The translations under genes were made by a program, and so were the position numbers. Below are positions 17,759 through 26,622 of a stretch of DNA of 33,652 nucleotides, one piece after another (within the stretch, counting starts at the first letter, position 1; each line of letters opens with the position of its first letter). Location of the stretch: NCBI GenBank assembly GCA_020441165.1, contig JAGRMU010000264.1, forward strand, positions 3,257-36,908, in the 5' to 3' direction. A model generated the notes under the pieces. That model was not told the DNA's origin. It saw nothing but the letters and a program-made list of their open reading frames with translations, and did not search any database. The stretch is from Sedimentitalea sp. (lineage in GTDB: Bacteria; Pseudomonadota; Alphaproteobacteria; Rhodobacterales; Rhodobacteraceae).

Positions 17759-18156
17759 CTGTTACCTACCCGCAGGGTATTCGCCACGAGACGCAGATCT
17801 CCCCATACCGCCTTGCCCCCTTCTGGGGTCGCACGACTTTGACCCTAGGCCTATCAGGTGGCGCGATTTTGTAAACGGCAAAGCTGCCAGACGCGCGGCC
17901 GGAAACGAACAGGACGTCGCGAGACGAGGAGATCGAATTATCCGGATGCGCAAAAGTCCTTGCCGACGCGGAACGGGCTTGTCTCGGGAAGAGCCTCACG
18001 GTCGAGATGGGGCAAGCCCGCCGGTCATTCCCCGATTGGCGCCGCGCCGGCGGGAGACCTGGCGCTCAAGCGCGCACGGTCAGGCGCGCCGGCTTGTCTG
18101 GTGGTGGACGAAACCGATCTGAACCTTGTTCGGGAAGTGCGTCTTGCTTCTGGCGC

Positions 18157-18184
18157 GAGAGCCGGGGCGCGGACCCCGGCTCTC
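18157..18184 (-). terminator. stem-loop downstream of the TRAP binding-protein gene (putative terminator, no U-tract)
   Basis: GAGAGCCGGGG cgcgga CCCCGGCTCTC is a perfect 11-bp stem starting 17 nt after the stop at 18201. It is not followed by a T-run on the transcribed strand. Confidence 0.45.
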
Positions 18185-18200
18185 TGTCTGGCAAGGCTCG

Positions 18201-19283
18201 CTACTGCGTGCAGGCGCGGATCTTCTCGATATCCGGTCCATTCGGCGTGCGGCCGAGGTTGTAGGGCGCCGAGGCATCGCGCCACTGGGCGTAATCGGCG
18301 AGATACTCGAGCTGACTCAGATAGACCTTGGCGGAATCGGGGTTCTCGCAGGCAGTCTGCTCGATCACGGCATTCGCCATTTCCTGGATCCTGGCCAGCG
18401 TCTCGTCGTCATAGCGGGTGATCTCCACCGCCTCCTTGAACTTCGCATAGGCCTCCGTGGCACGCTTTTCGGTGAAGGACAGCGACCAGATCAGGTTGGC
18501 CTGGGCCGCGATCTTCAATGACTCCTGGGTTTCCGGCGACAGCGCATCCCAGGCGGACTTGTTGATCATCACGCCGAACAGCGACGCCGACTGGTGCCAG
18601 CCCGGCGTTGCCCAGTATTTGGTGACCTGCTGGAATCCGCCGGACCAGTCGACGTTGGGGGTCGAGAATTCGGCGCCGTCGATCACGCCGCGCTCCAGCG
18701 CCTGATAGATCTCGCCGCCGGCCATCGACACCTGGCTGCCGCCGAGCTGCTCGAGCAGACGCCCCTGTTCGAGCCCGGACAGGCGCAGGCGCTTGCCCTG
18801 CAGATCCTCGAGGTTCTCGATCTTCTCGTTGGTGCGGAAGCCGGACTCGTTGTTGGTCACGCCATAGGGGAGATAGACCATGCCGAACTTGCCGTAGATC
18901 TCGTTGTAGAGATCGGCGCCGCCCCACTGTTCGATCCAGTTGACGTAATCCACCGCGTTGAAGAGGCTCGCGGTGGTGGCCAGGGGCGAGAAGGCCGAGT
19001 TGCGCCCCGCCCAGTAGCCCGGCCAGTCGCCGCCGGCCTGGATGGTGCCGGATTCGACGGCGCCGAAGACCTCGCCCGCCGGCACCAGCGCGCCACCTTC
19101 GAAGAATTCTATGGTCAGCGCATCGCCGGTCAGCTTGTTGGCCAGATCGACGAAATGCCGGTCGATCTCGATCAGCTCCAGCGACGAGGGCCAGGTGGTG
19201 GTCATCGTCCAGTTCTCCTGGGCAGCGACCTGGCTGGCAAGGGCTGCGACGACGGCAGCCGCGGCGGTTGTCTTGAGTCTCAT
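18201..19283 (-). CDS. TRAP transporter substrate-binding protein (Sec signal)
   Basis: 360 aa. Starts MRLKTTAAAAVVAALASQVAAQ, then ENWTMTTTWPSS and MAGGEIYQALERGVIDGAEF. These motifs are shared with the binding proteins at 4173 and 21462. AGGAGGA RBS. Confidence 0.9.
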   Translation of the reverse strand: MRLKTTAAAAVVAALASQVAAQENWTMTTTWPSSLELIEIDRHFVDLANKLTGDALTIEFFEGGALVPAGEVFGAVESGTIQAGGDWPGYWAGRNSAFSPLATTASLFNAVDYVNWIEQWGGADLYNEIYGKFGMVYLPYGVTNNESGFRTNEKIENLEDLQGKRLRLSGLEQGRLLEQLGGSQVSMAGGEIYQALERGVIDGAEFSTPNVDWSGGFQQVTKYWATPGWHQSASLFGVMINKSAWDALSPETQESLKIAAQANLIWSLSFTEKRATEAYAKFKEAVEITRYDDETLARIQEMANAVIEQTACENPDSAKVYLSQLEYLADYAQWRDASAPYNLGRTPNGPDIEKIRACTQ

Positions 19284-19299
19284 GACGTATCCTCCTTGG

Positions 19300-20622
19300 T
19301 TAATTCTTGTAGAGCGTTTCGGGCAGCCACATGACCAGCTGCGGGAAAAGGGCGACGGCGACGCACATCAGCAGGATCAGCCCGATGAAGGGCAGGACAC
19401 CGATGATGATATCGCCGGTCTTGACCTCGGGGGGTGCGATGGCGCGCAGATAGAACAGCGCGTATCCGAAGGGCGGCGTCAGGAACGAGGTCTGCAGCAC
19501 CACCGACATCAGAACCACGAACCACAGCAGATCGATGTTCATCTCCTGCACGATGGGCAGGAAGATCGGGAAGGACAGCAGCACGATCCCGGTCCAGTCC
19601 AGGAAGGCGCCGAGCACGAAGACGATCAGCATCATCACCGCGATCAGAAGCCACGGCGCCATGTCGAGGTTGCGGATGATCTCCTGGGTGGCGCGCAGAC
19701 CCCCGGTGATGTTGAACACGCCGGTGAAGGCGGTCGCGCCGATCACGATGAACAGGATCATCGCCGAGGTGCGCCCGGTCTCCAGCATCGCGCCGTAGAA
19801 ACTGGCCCAGGTGAACTTGCCGCGCAGGATCACGATCAGCAGCGCCAGCGCCGCGCCGATGGCGCTGGCTTCGGTAGCGGTGGCGATCCCGGCCAGAAGC
19901 GAGCCGAGGATCCCCAGGATCAGCACCAGCGGCGGCACCGCCTCGAGCGCCAGCATGCGCAGCAGTGCGCCGCGCGAGATCTTCTCGTCAGGCTCGACCG
20001 CCGGGGCCATGTCGGGTCGCACGATGGACACGATCACCACCCAGACAGCATAGAGCAGACCCAGAAAGACACCCGGCAACATCGCGCCGGCGAAAAGCTC
20101 GCCCACCGAAAGCGGCGAATAGGAGGCCATGAGGATCAGCATGATCGAGGGCGGGATCAGGATGCCGAGACAGCCCGACGCCGCGATCACACCGGTGGTC
20201 AGGGTCGGGCTGTAGCCGTATTGCAGCATCGGGCGCAGCGCCATCACCCCCATCACGGTGATCGACGCGCCGATGATGCCGGTGGTCGCGGCCAGCAGGA
20301 TCGAGATGAACACCACCGCCAGCGCCAGCCCGCCCCGCACGTTCGACATCAGCAGGCGCAGCGACTCGAACATCCGGTCGGTGACGCCGCTGTCGGACAG
20401 GAACCGCGCCATCAGGATGAAGAGCGGGATCGCGATCAGGGTGAAATTGTCCAGCACGTCGCCGAAGATGCGGTTGATGACGATGCCCAGCACCATCGGC
20501 TTGCCCGCGATCAGCGTGCCCAGAACGGCGGCACCGCCGAGCACGAAGGCCAGCGGATGCCCCATGAACAGGCCCAGCAGCAACAGGCCGAACATGCTCA
20601 GCGCGATGAGTTCCGGGTTCAT
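19300..20622 (-). CDS. TRAP transporter large permease (DctM-type)
   Basis: 440 aa, polytopic. ATG overlaps the upstream small-permease stop (ATGA). Confidence 0.9.
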   Translation of the reverse strand: MNPELIALSMFGLLLLGLFMGHPLAFVLGGAAVLGTLIAGKPMVLGIVINRIFGDVLDNFTLIAIPLFILMARFLSDSGVTDRMFESLRLLMSNVRGGLALAVVFISILLAATTGIIGASITVMGVMALRPMLQYGYSPTLTTGVIAASGCLGILIPPSIMLILMASYSPLSVGELFAGAMLPGVFLGLLYAVWVVIVSIVRPDMAPAVEPDEKISRGALLRMLALEAVPPLVLILGILGSLLAGIATATEASAIGAALALLIVILRGKFTWASFYGAMLETGRTSAMILFIVIGATAFTGVFNITGGLRATQEIIRNLDMAPWLLIAVMMLIVFVLGAFLDWTGIVLLSFPIFLPIVQEMNIDLLWFVVLMSVVLQTSFLTPPFGYALFYLRAIAPPEVKTGDIIIGVLPFIGLILLMCVAVALFPQLVMWLPETLYKN

Positions 20623-21125
20623 TCCGCCAGCTCCGGCGGCATCTGCGGACGGTTCAGCACCAGCTTGAGGAACTCGGCGATGCCCTGCAGCAACAGCAGC
20701 GCCGCCGCCACCGCCATCGCCATCTTCAGCGGGTAGACCGGCAGCTGTACCGATCCGTAGGTGGCTTCCCCCTGCGCCCAGGACCGCGTGGCAAATTCCC
20801 AGGAATAGGACAGGAAAACCCAGGCGAAGGGAAAGAAGAAGATCACGTAGCCCAAGGCCTCGACCCAGCGGCGCGGGCCGGGCGCGAGTTTCTCCAGCAG
20901 CAGGTCGACCCGCACATGTGCCTGGTGCCGCAGCGCATAGCCGCCCAGCATGACGAAGTAGAACCCGTAAAGCTGCTTGGTCACGTCAAACGCCCAGCGG
21001 GTCGGCGCGTTCATCGCATAGCGCATGAACACGTCGTAGATGATGATGGCCGCGAAGATCACGGCGACGATCGACACGACACGTCCGACCGCCTCGTTGA
21101 GGCGGTCAATCAAGGTAATGATCAC
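20619..21125 (-). CDS. TRAP transporter small permease (DctQ-type)
   Basis: GTG 21125 is preceded by GGAGGA at 8 nt and gives 168 aa (VIITLIDRLNEAVGRVVSIVAVIFAAIIIYDVFMRY...). The upstream 23 codons in the track ORF are Arg/Pro-rich and lack an RBS. Confidence 0.85.
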   Translation of the reverse strand: MIITLIDRLNEAVGRVVSIVAVIFAAIIIYDVFMRYAMNAPTRWAFDVTKQLYGFYFVMLGGYALRHQAHVRVDLLLEKLAPGPRRWVEALGYVIFFFPFAWVFLSYSWEFATRSWAQGEATYGSVQLPVYPLKMAMAVAAALLLLQGIAEFLKLVLNRPQMPPELAE

Positions 21126-21461
21126 GTCCGACGTCCTCCTGCCGCGGCACGCTGACCGAACTTCGCCGTGAAGGCAAGGGCCGGGCGGCGACACGGAACG
21201 ATTTCTGACCGCGCCGCGACCCGGCCGTCAAGACCGGTCGATCCGGCGCGACCGACGGCACAGAGCGGCCCGCAAACATATGCGTGAGCATCATATTTTC
21301 GGCCACCGCGTGCCACCGCCGCGCCGGGTTTTCCGCCCATGTCGAGACCGATGGACATTCCCGCGCGAAGCTGTAGCAATGTTGGCCAGCAATCGTCCGC
21401 GACCTGAAAAGCGCCGCGGGCATGGTCGTGTTCGGATCCACAAACCAAAAGGGAGACTCTC

Positions 21462-22547
21462 ATGGATCGTCGTTCGTTCATCAAGACAGCCGGCATTGCC
21501 GGCGCCGCGTCTGCACTGGCCGCGCCGGCCATTGCCCAGGACACCATAACCTGGCGCATGGTCACCACCTGGCCCAAGAACTTCCCCGGGCTCGGCGTCG
21601 GGGCGCAGCGTCTGGCCGATCGGATCACCGCCGCCAGCGGCGGCCGGCTGACCATCCAGGTGTTTTCGGCCGGCGAACTGGTTCCGCCGCTGCAATCGCT
21701 CGACGCGGTGATCGACGGCACTGCCGAGATGAGCCACGGCGCCGCCTATTACTGGCAGAACAAGTCCACCGCGCTGTCTTTCTTTACCGGCGTGCCCTAC
21801 GGCATGACCACCTCCGAGCTGAGCGCCTGGGTCCGCTACATGGGCGGTCAGGAGATCTGGGACGAGATCTATGACCAGTTCGGCGTGCAGGGCTTCCTGT
21901 CGGGCAACACCGGCACCCAGGCCGGCGGCTGGTTCCGCGACGAGCTGACCAGTCTCGACTCGGTCAAGGGCCTGCGCTTCCGCACCCCCGGCCTCGGCGG
22001 GCGGGTCTGGGAGAAGCTGGGCGCGACGGTCACCAACATGGCCGCAGGCGAGATCTTCCAGGCGCTGCAGTCGGGCACGCTGGACGCCGCCGAATTCGTC
22101 GGTCCCTACAATGACCTGGCGCTCGGCTTCTACCAGGTCGCCAAGAACTACTACATGCCGAGTTTCGTGGAACCCGGCCTTGCAACCGAGGTCGTGGTCG
22201 ACAAGGCCAAATACCAGGCCCTGCCCGCGGATCTGCAGGCGATCGTCCGCGATGTCGCGCAGGCCGAATACGATCAGGTCGCGGCCGACTTCTTCGCCAA
22301 CGATCCGCGCGCGCTCAAGACGCTTGTCGACGATCACGGTGTGATCGTGCGCGATTTCCCCGAGGACATCATGCAGGCGGGCGCCGTGGCATCGGCCGAG
22401 GTGATCGCGGATCTGCGCAACAGCGACGATGCCCTGGTCAAGAAGACCACCGAGAGCTTCATCGAAGCGTTGGCCCTGCTGCGCTCGCGGACCGAGACGA
22501 TCGACCTGCCCTTCATGGTCGCGCGCGAAAAGTTCCTCGAACTCTGA
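21462..22547 (+). CDS. TRAP transporter substrate-binding protein with twin-arginine signal (monocistronic)
   Basis: AAGGGAGA RBS. Starts MDRRSFIKTAGIAGAASALAAPAIAQ (Tat motif), then ITWRMVTTWPKNF and MAAGEIFQALQSGTLDAAEF. Confidence 0.9.
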   Translation: MDRRSFIKTAGIAGAASALAAPAIAQDTITWRMVTTWPKNFPGLGVGAQRLADRITAASGGRLTIQVFSAGELVPPLQSLDAVIDGTAEMSHGAAYYWQNKSTALSFFTGVPYGMTTSELSAWVRYMGGQEIWDEIYDQFGVQGFLSGNTGTQAGGWFRDELTSLDSVKGLRFRTPGLGGRVWEKLGATVTNMAAGEIFQALQSGTLDAAEFVGPYNDLALGFYQVAKNYYMPSFVEPGLATEVVVDKAKYQALPADLQAIVRDVAQAEYDQVAADFFANDPRALKTLVDDHGVIVRDFPEDIMQAGAVASAEVIADLRNSDDALVKKTTESFIEALALLRSRTETIDLPFMVAREKFLEL

Positions 22548-22565
22548 GCGCATCCCAGACACGGC

Positions 22566-22595
22566 AAGGGCCCGGTCGCAGGACCGGGCCCTTTT
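22566..22595. terminator. rho-independent-type terminator shared by convergent genes
   Basis: AAGGGCCCGGTC gcag GACCGGGCCCTT followed by TT(C). This is a perfect 12-bp stem with a 4-nt loop. It lies 19 nt after the stop at 22547 and 26 nt after the convergent stop at 22621. Confidence 0.7.
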
Positions 22596-22620
22596 CATGC
22601 GCCGCCGGGCCGGGGCTCCG

Positions 22621-24012
22621 CTATCCGGCAATCGCCCGCGGCAGCCAGGTAACGATCTGCGGAAAGGCAAAGAGGATCGCGATGGCCACGACCTGCAACA
22701 CCACGAAGGGCAGGATGCCCTTGTAGATCGCCGAGGTCGGCAGGTCCGCGGGCGCCACCCCGCGCAGGTAGAACAATGCGAAGCCGAAAGGCGGCGTCAG
22801 AAACGAGGTCTGCAGGTTCACCCCCACGATCACGCCCAGCCAGACCGGGTCCACGTCCAGCGCCAGCAGGATCGGCGCGGTGATCGGGATCACGATGAAG
22901 ATGATCTCGAACGTGTCCAGGATGAAGCCCAGCAGGAACATGATCGCCATCACCACCGCCACGGCGGCCAGCGTGCCGCCGGGCAGGTTGGACAGGAATT
23001 CATGCACCAGATTGTCCCCGCCCATCAGGCGGAACACCACCGAGAACACCGACGCGCCCATCAGGATCACGAACACCATCGAGGTGATCGTCGCCGTCGC
23101 CACCACCGTCTCGCGCAGCGTTTTCAGGGACAGTCGCCAGCGCGTCGCCGCCAGGACCATCGCTCCGACCGCCCCGACCGAAGCCGCCTCGGTCGGGGTG
23201 GCGATGCCGCCGAGGATCGAGCCGAGGACCGCCAGGATCAGCAGGAGGGGCGGTACCAGCGCCACCATCACCTCGCGGAACAGACCGGCCTTCTCCTCGG
23301 GCGGGACCGGCGTTGCCGGGCAGGAGGCCGGATCGGCCACCGCCTTGAAGATCACCCAGAGCATGTAGAGCCCGACCAGCAGGATGCCGGGCAGCAGCGC
23401 ACCCGCGAAGAGGTCCCCCACCGACACCGGCACCGGCGCGAAATTGCCCTTGGCCATCTGCACCTGGCTGTTGATGCCCGACAGCATGTCGCCCATGAAG
23501 ATCAGCACGGTCGACGGCGGGATGATCTGGCCCAGCGTGCCGCTGGCGCAGATCACGCCGGTCGCCAGTTTCGGGCTGTAGCCGGCGTTCAGCATCGCCG
23601 GCAGCGAGATCAGCCCCATGGTGACGACGGTCGCGCCGACCACCCCGGTCGAGGCCGCCAGCATCGCCCCGACGATGATCACCGACAGTCCCAACCCGCC
23701 ACGCAGGTTGCCGAACAGCCGGCCCATGGTCAGCAGCAGTTTCTCGGCGATGTCCGAGCGTTCCAGCATCACCCCCATGAAGATGAAGAGCGGCACCGCG
23801 ACCAGCACCTCGTTGGTCATGAAGCCGATATAGCGGTTGGGCAGCGAGCCGAAATTGCTGGGGTCGAAGACGCCGAGGCTCCAGCCGACCGCACCGAACA
23901 GCAGCGACACGCCGGCCAGACTGAAGGCGACCGGAAAGCCCAGAAGCAGAAAGCCGATGATCCCGAAGAACATGAGCCCCGAGAGGAGCTCTCCGATCAT
24001 CACCGGATCCAT
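22621..24012 (-). CDS. TRAP transporter large permease (DctM-type)
   Basis: ATG 24012 (MDPVMIGELLSGLMFFGIIGFLLLGFPVAFSL...) overlaps the dctQ-type TGA by 1 nt. 463 aa. The 760-aa track ORF is an artefactual extension through dctQ in another frame. Confidence 0.9.
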   Translation of the reverse strand: MDPVMIGELLSGLMFFGIIGFLLLGFPVAFSLAGVSLLFGAVGWSLGVFDPSNFGSLPNRYIGFMTNEVLVAVPLFIFMGVMLERSDIAEKLLLTMGRLFGNLRGGLGLSVIIVGAMLAASTGVVGATVVTMGLISLPAMLNAGYSPKLATGVICASGTLGQIIPPSTVLIFMGDMLSGINSQVQMAKGNFAPVPVSVGDLFAGALLPGILLVGLYMLWVIFKAVADPASCPATPVPPEEKAGLFREVMVALVPPLLLILAVLGSILGGIATPTEAASVGAVGAMVLAATRWRLSLKTLRETVVATATITSMVFVILMGASVFSVVFRLMGGDNLVHEFLSNLPGGTLAAVAVVMAIMFLLGFILDTFEIIFIVIPITAPILLALDVDPVWLGVIVGVNLQTSFLTPPFGFALFYLRGVAPADLPTSAIYKGILPFVVLQVVAIAILFAFPQIVTWLPRAIAG

Positions 24013-24590
24013 CAAAGCGGCCCTTCGGGCAGCGCCTGCGGCACATGCGGAACCGGATAGCGAAAATACTCGGGCACCAGATCCTCGCGCCCCTTGAGGA
24101 CCAGGATCGAGCGCAGCATCATCGCCACCCCCTGCAGCGCCAGCAGCCCCGCGAAGGCGATGATGAAGGACTTGAGGATGAACAGCCCCGGCATCCCGCC
24201 GACATTGGCCGAGGCCTCGTGATAGGTCCAGGCGCGCTGCACGAAGGGCATGGAATAGATGTAGACCACCGCACAGAATGGCAGCAGGAACAGCACCGTG
24301 CCGATCAGATCGACGATCGCCTTGTGGCGGGCGCCCGCCGGCCGGTAGAAGATGTCCACCCGCACGTGATCGTCGCGCAGCAGCGCGAAGCCGGCGACCG
24401 CGGTGAACATCGCGCCGCTGAGCCAGATGTAGAGATCCTGCATCCAGACATAGCTGATCGCGAAGACATAGCGCTGCACGACGACTGTGAAGCAGACGGC
24501 CACGACCCCGAGCGCCAGCCACGAGAACACCTGGCCGACCAGCCAGTTGATCGCGCAGATCGCCCGCATTGCCATGGCCATGGCACGCAT
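24012..24590 (-). CDS. TRAP transporter small permease (DctQ-type)
   Basis: ATG 24590 is preceded by GGGGGAGGG at 6 nt. 192 aa (MRAMAMAMRAICAINWLVGQVFSWLALGVVAVCFTVVVQRY...). Confidence 0.85.
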   Translation of the reverse strand: MRAMAMAMRAICAINWLVGQVFSWLALGVVAVCFTVVVQRYVFAISYVWMQDLYIWLSGAMFTAVAGFALLRDDHVRVDIFYRPAGARHKAIVDLIGTVLFLLPFCAVVYIYSMPFVQRAWTYHEASANVGGMPGLFILKSFIIAFAGLLALQGVAMMLRSILVLKGREDLVPEYFRYPVPHVPQALPEGPL

Positions 24591-25042
24591 GTGCAGCCCT
24601 CCCCCTACCGCTTCCGGTTCTTGTTTGGGCAGTGGGGTGCCATGAAACCAGTATTCGGGCAAGGTTTAATCGCGCTATCCAATTGACGCGCCGGTGTCGG
24701 CTCGATCGCGGCGCGGTGACCCGTGACGGAACCGGATTGACAGCGAACCGGAGGCGGCTTTGATCGTGCCCTGGGCACAGTGAATCGATGCGGGGTCGGC
24801 AAGGCCGCGGCACGGGCGTCATGCCAAGCGGACCGCGATTGCGGATCGCCACGTCGATGGCCTGTGGCGCGCTGCCGCTCGGCTCGCGTGCCGGCGGATG
24901 CAACGGTCCGCGACGTCACCTCGGAAAGGTCAATTGCCTTCCGGACATTTCCGTCAATGCGCTTCAGGAAGGTCCCGCGCTTGCCAGTCGGCATCTGGGC
25001 GGCTAGCAATTCGGCATGCCTGCATATCAAAAGGAAACCGTC

Positions 25043-26038
25043 ATGTCGAAACTGCTTTCATCCTCCCTGCTCTGCGGCGCCGCGACGCTGGCCGGTCTGG
25101 GCCTTGGCGCGACCGCGGCCCTGGCCCAGACCGAGGTCAAGATCGGCTATGCGCTGGCCCCCGAGTCCCATTACGGCGTGGCTGCGGCCAAGTGGGAGGA
25201 GGTCGTCGAGGCCGAGACCGGCGGCGCGTTCGAGTTCAAGCATTTCCCCTCGTCCGGCCTGGGCGGCGAGCGCGAGGTGATCGAGGGCCTGCAGATCGGC
25301 ACCATCGAGGCGACCATCGTCTCCTCGGGCACGCTGAGCAACTTCGTGCCCGAGACCGGCGTCTTCGACATCCCCTTCCTGTTCCGCGATCTGGGACATG
25401 CGCGCGCGGTTCTGGACGGGCCCATCGGCGAGGAGATCCTGGTCAAGTTCGACGATGTCGGCCTGCATGCCCTGGCCTGGGGCGAGCAGGGCTTTCGCCA
25501 CATCACCAACAACCGCAACCAGATCGCGTCCCCCGGCGATGTCGAGGGGCTGAAGATCCGCACCATGGAGAACCCGGTGCATCTGAAGGCCTTCGAGACC
25601 CTCGGCGCGGCGCCGACCCCAATGGCCTGGCCCGAGGTGATCTCCTCGCTGCAGCAGGGCGTGATCGACGGGCAGGAGAACCCGCTCTCGGTGATCGTCT
25701 CGGTCAAGCTGGACGAGGTGCAGAAATACCTCACGCTCTCGGGTCATGTCTATTCGCCGGCCATGCTGCTGGTCTCGAAATCCTTCTGGGAGGGCCTGAG
25801 CGACGCGGACAAGGCCGCCTTCGAGAAGGGCGCGGCCGAGGCGGTGGTGGCGATGCGCGGCTTCGTCGACGATGTCGAGGAGGATGGCGTCGCGACGCTG
25901 AAGGAGCGCGGCATGGACGTGGCCGCGCTGAGCGCCGAGCAGAAGGTCGCCTTCCAGGAGGCCGTCCAGCCCGCCTATGAGAGCTATTACGAGCAGTATG
26001 ACAAGGCGCTGATCGACAGCATCATTGCCACCGAGTGA
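25043..26038 (+). CDS. TRAP transporter substrate-binding protein, classical DctP family
   Basis: AAAGGAAA RBS. Starts MSKLLSSSLLCGAATLAGLGLGATAALAQ, then TEVKIGYALAPESHYG, FDIPFLFRD, WGEQGFRHITNN and DGQENPL. Confidence 0.9.
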   Translation: MSKLLSSSLLCGAATLAGLGLGATAALAQTEVKIGYALAPESHYGVAAAKWEEVVEAETGGAFEFKHFPSSGLGGEREVIEGLQIGTIEATIVSSGTLSNFVPETGVFDIPFLFRDLGHARAVLDGPIGEEILVKFDDVGLHALAWGEQGFRHITNNRNQIASPGDVEGLKIRTMENPVHLKAFETLGAAPTPMAWPEVISSLQQGVIDGQENPLSVIVSVKLDEVQKYLTLSGHVYSPAMLLVSKSFWEGLSDADKAAFEKGAAEAVVAMRGFVDDVEEDGVATLKERGMDVAALSAEQKVAFQEAVQPAYESYYEQYDKALIDSIIATE

Positions 26039-26100
26039 GACCGCGCCGGGGCGGCCAGGGTGCCGCCCCATCGCCTCGCGAACCCGGGGGACCGGCCGTC

Positions 26101-26622
26101 ATGCGCAGGCTCGAACAGGCATTCGTCGCCCTGAACGCCTGGGCGGTGATCGTAGCGCTGGCGGGCATGGTGCTTGTGGTGGGCAGCAATGTCGCGCTGC
26201 GCTATGCGACCGGCCATTCCCTGCCCTGGGCGGATGAGGTCGCCCGCTATCTGATGATCTGGATGACCTTCCTCGGCGCCGGCCTGGCGCTACGCCGGGG
26301 CGGCCATGTCGCGATCAGCAACCTGCAGGACGTGCTGCCGGGGCGGGCGCAGGTCGCGCTGCGGATCGCGCTGGTGGCGATGCTGCTGGCGTTCTTCGTC
26401 TTCATGATCGTCACCGGGCAGGACTACATGACCCGGATGCAATATCAGAAATCGCCGGCGCTGCGGCTGCCCTTCATCTACATCTATGCCGCCATGCCCA
26501 TCGGTTTCGCCCTGCTGGGAGTGCATTTGCTGCTGATCGCGCGCGATTTCGTGCGCTCGGGGCGCTATCGCGACGCGCCCGGCAACGATACCGGGCGGGC
26601 GCCGGGGGCGGCGCGTGGCTGA
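26101..26622 (+). CDS. TRAP transporter small permease (DctQ-type)
   Basis: 173 aa from ATG 26101 (MRRLEQAFVALNAWAVIVALAGMVLVVGSNVALRY...WADEVARYLMIWMTFLGAG). Confidence 0.85.
   Translation: MRRLEQAFVALNAWAVIVALAGMVLVVGSNVALRYATGHSLPWADEVARYLMIWMTFLGAGLALRRGGHVAISNLQDVLPGRAQVALRIALVAMLLAFFVFMIVTGQDYMTRMQYQKSPALRLPFIYIYAAMPIGFALLGVHLLLIARDFVRSGRYRDAPGNDTGRAPGAARG

Noticed and set aside
19042-20736. 564-aa plus-strand ORF rich in His/Asp/Arg/Gln
   Set aside because: It is antisense to a polytopic DctM-type permease whose hydrophobic codons produce this composition on the opposite strand. It has no RBS and no domain signal.
21276-21298. Imperfect inverted repeat ACATATG-N9-CATATTT in the divergent region between the TRAP Q-M-P operon and the 21462 binding-protein gene
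   Set aside because: Only 6 of 7 positions pair and the spacer is long. It sits in the one AT-richer patch, where such matches arise easily. It may simply be promoter -10 material.
22429-24060. 543-aa plus-strand ORF
   Set aside because: It is antisense to the DctM-type gene at 22621-24012 and shows the same compositional artefact as 19042-20736.
22621-24903. Long N-terminal extensions of real genes in the track (760 aa here; also 5619-7376, 13111-14526, 26035-26622 and 29778-31463)
   Set aside because: The extensions overlap the upstream gene in another frame, lack an RBS and are compositionally non-protein-like. Internal starts with an RBS or stop-start overlaps give family-typical lengths.
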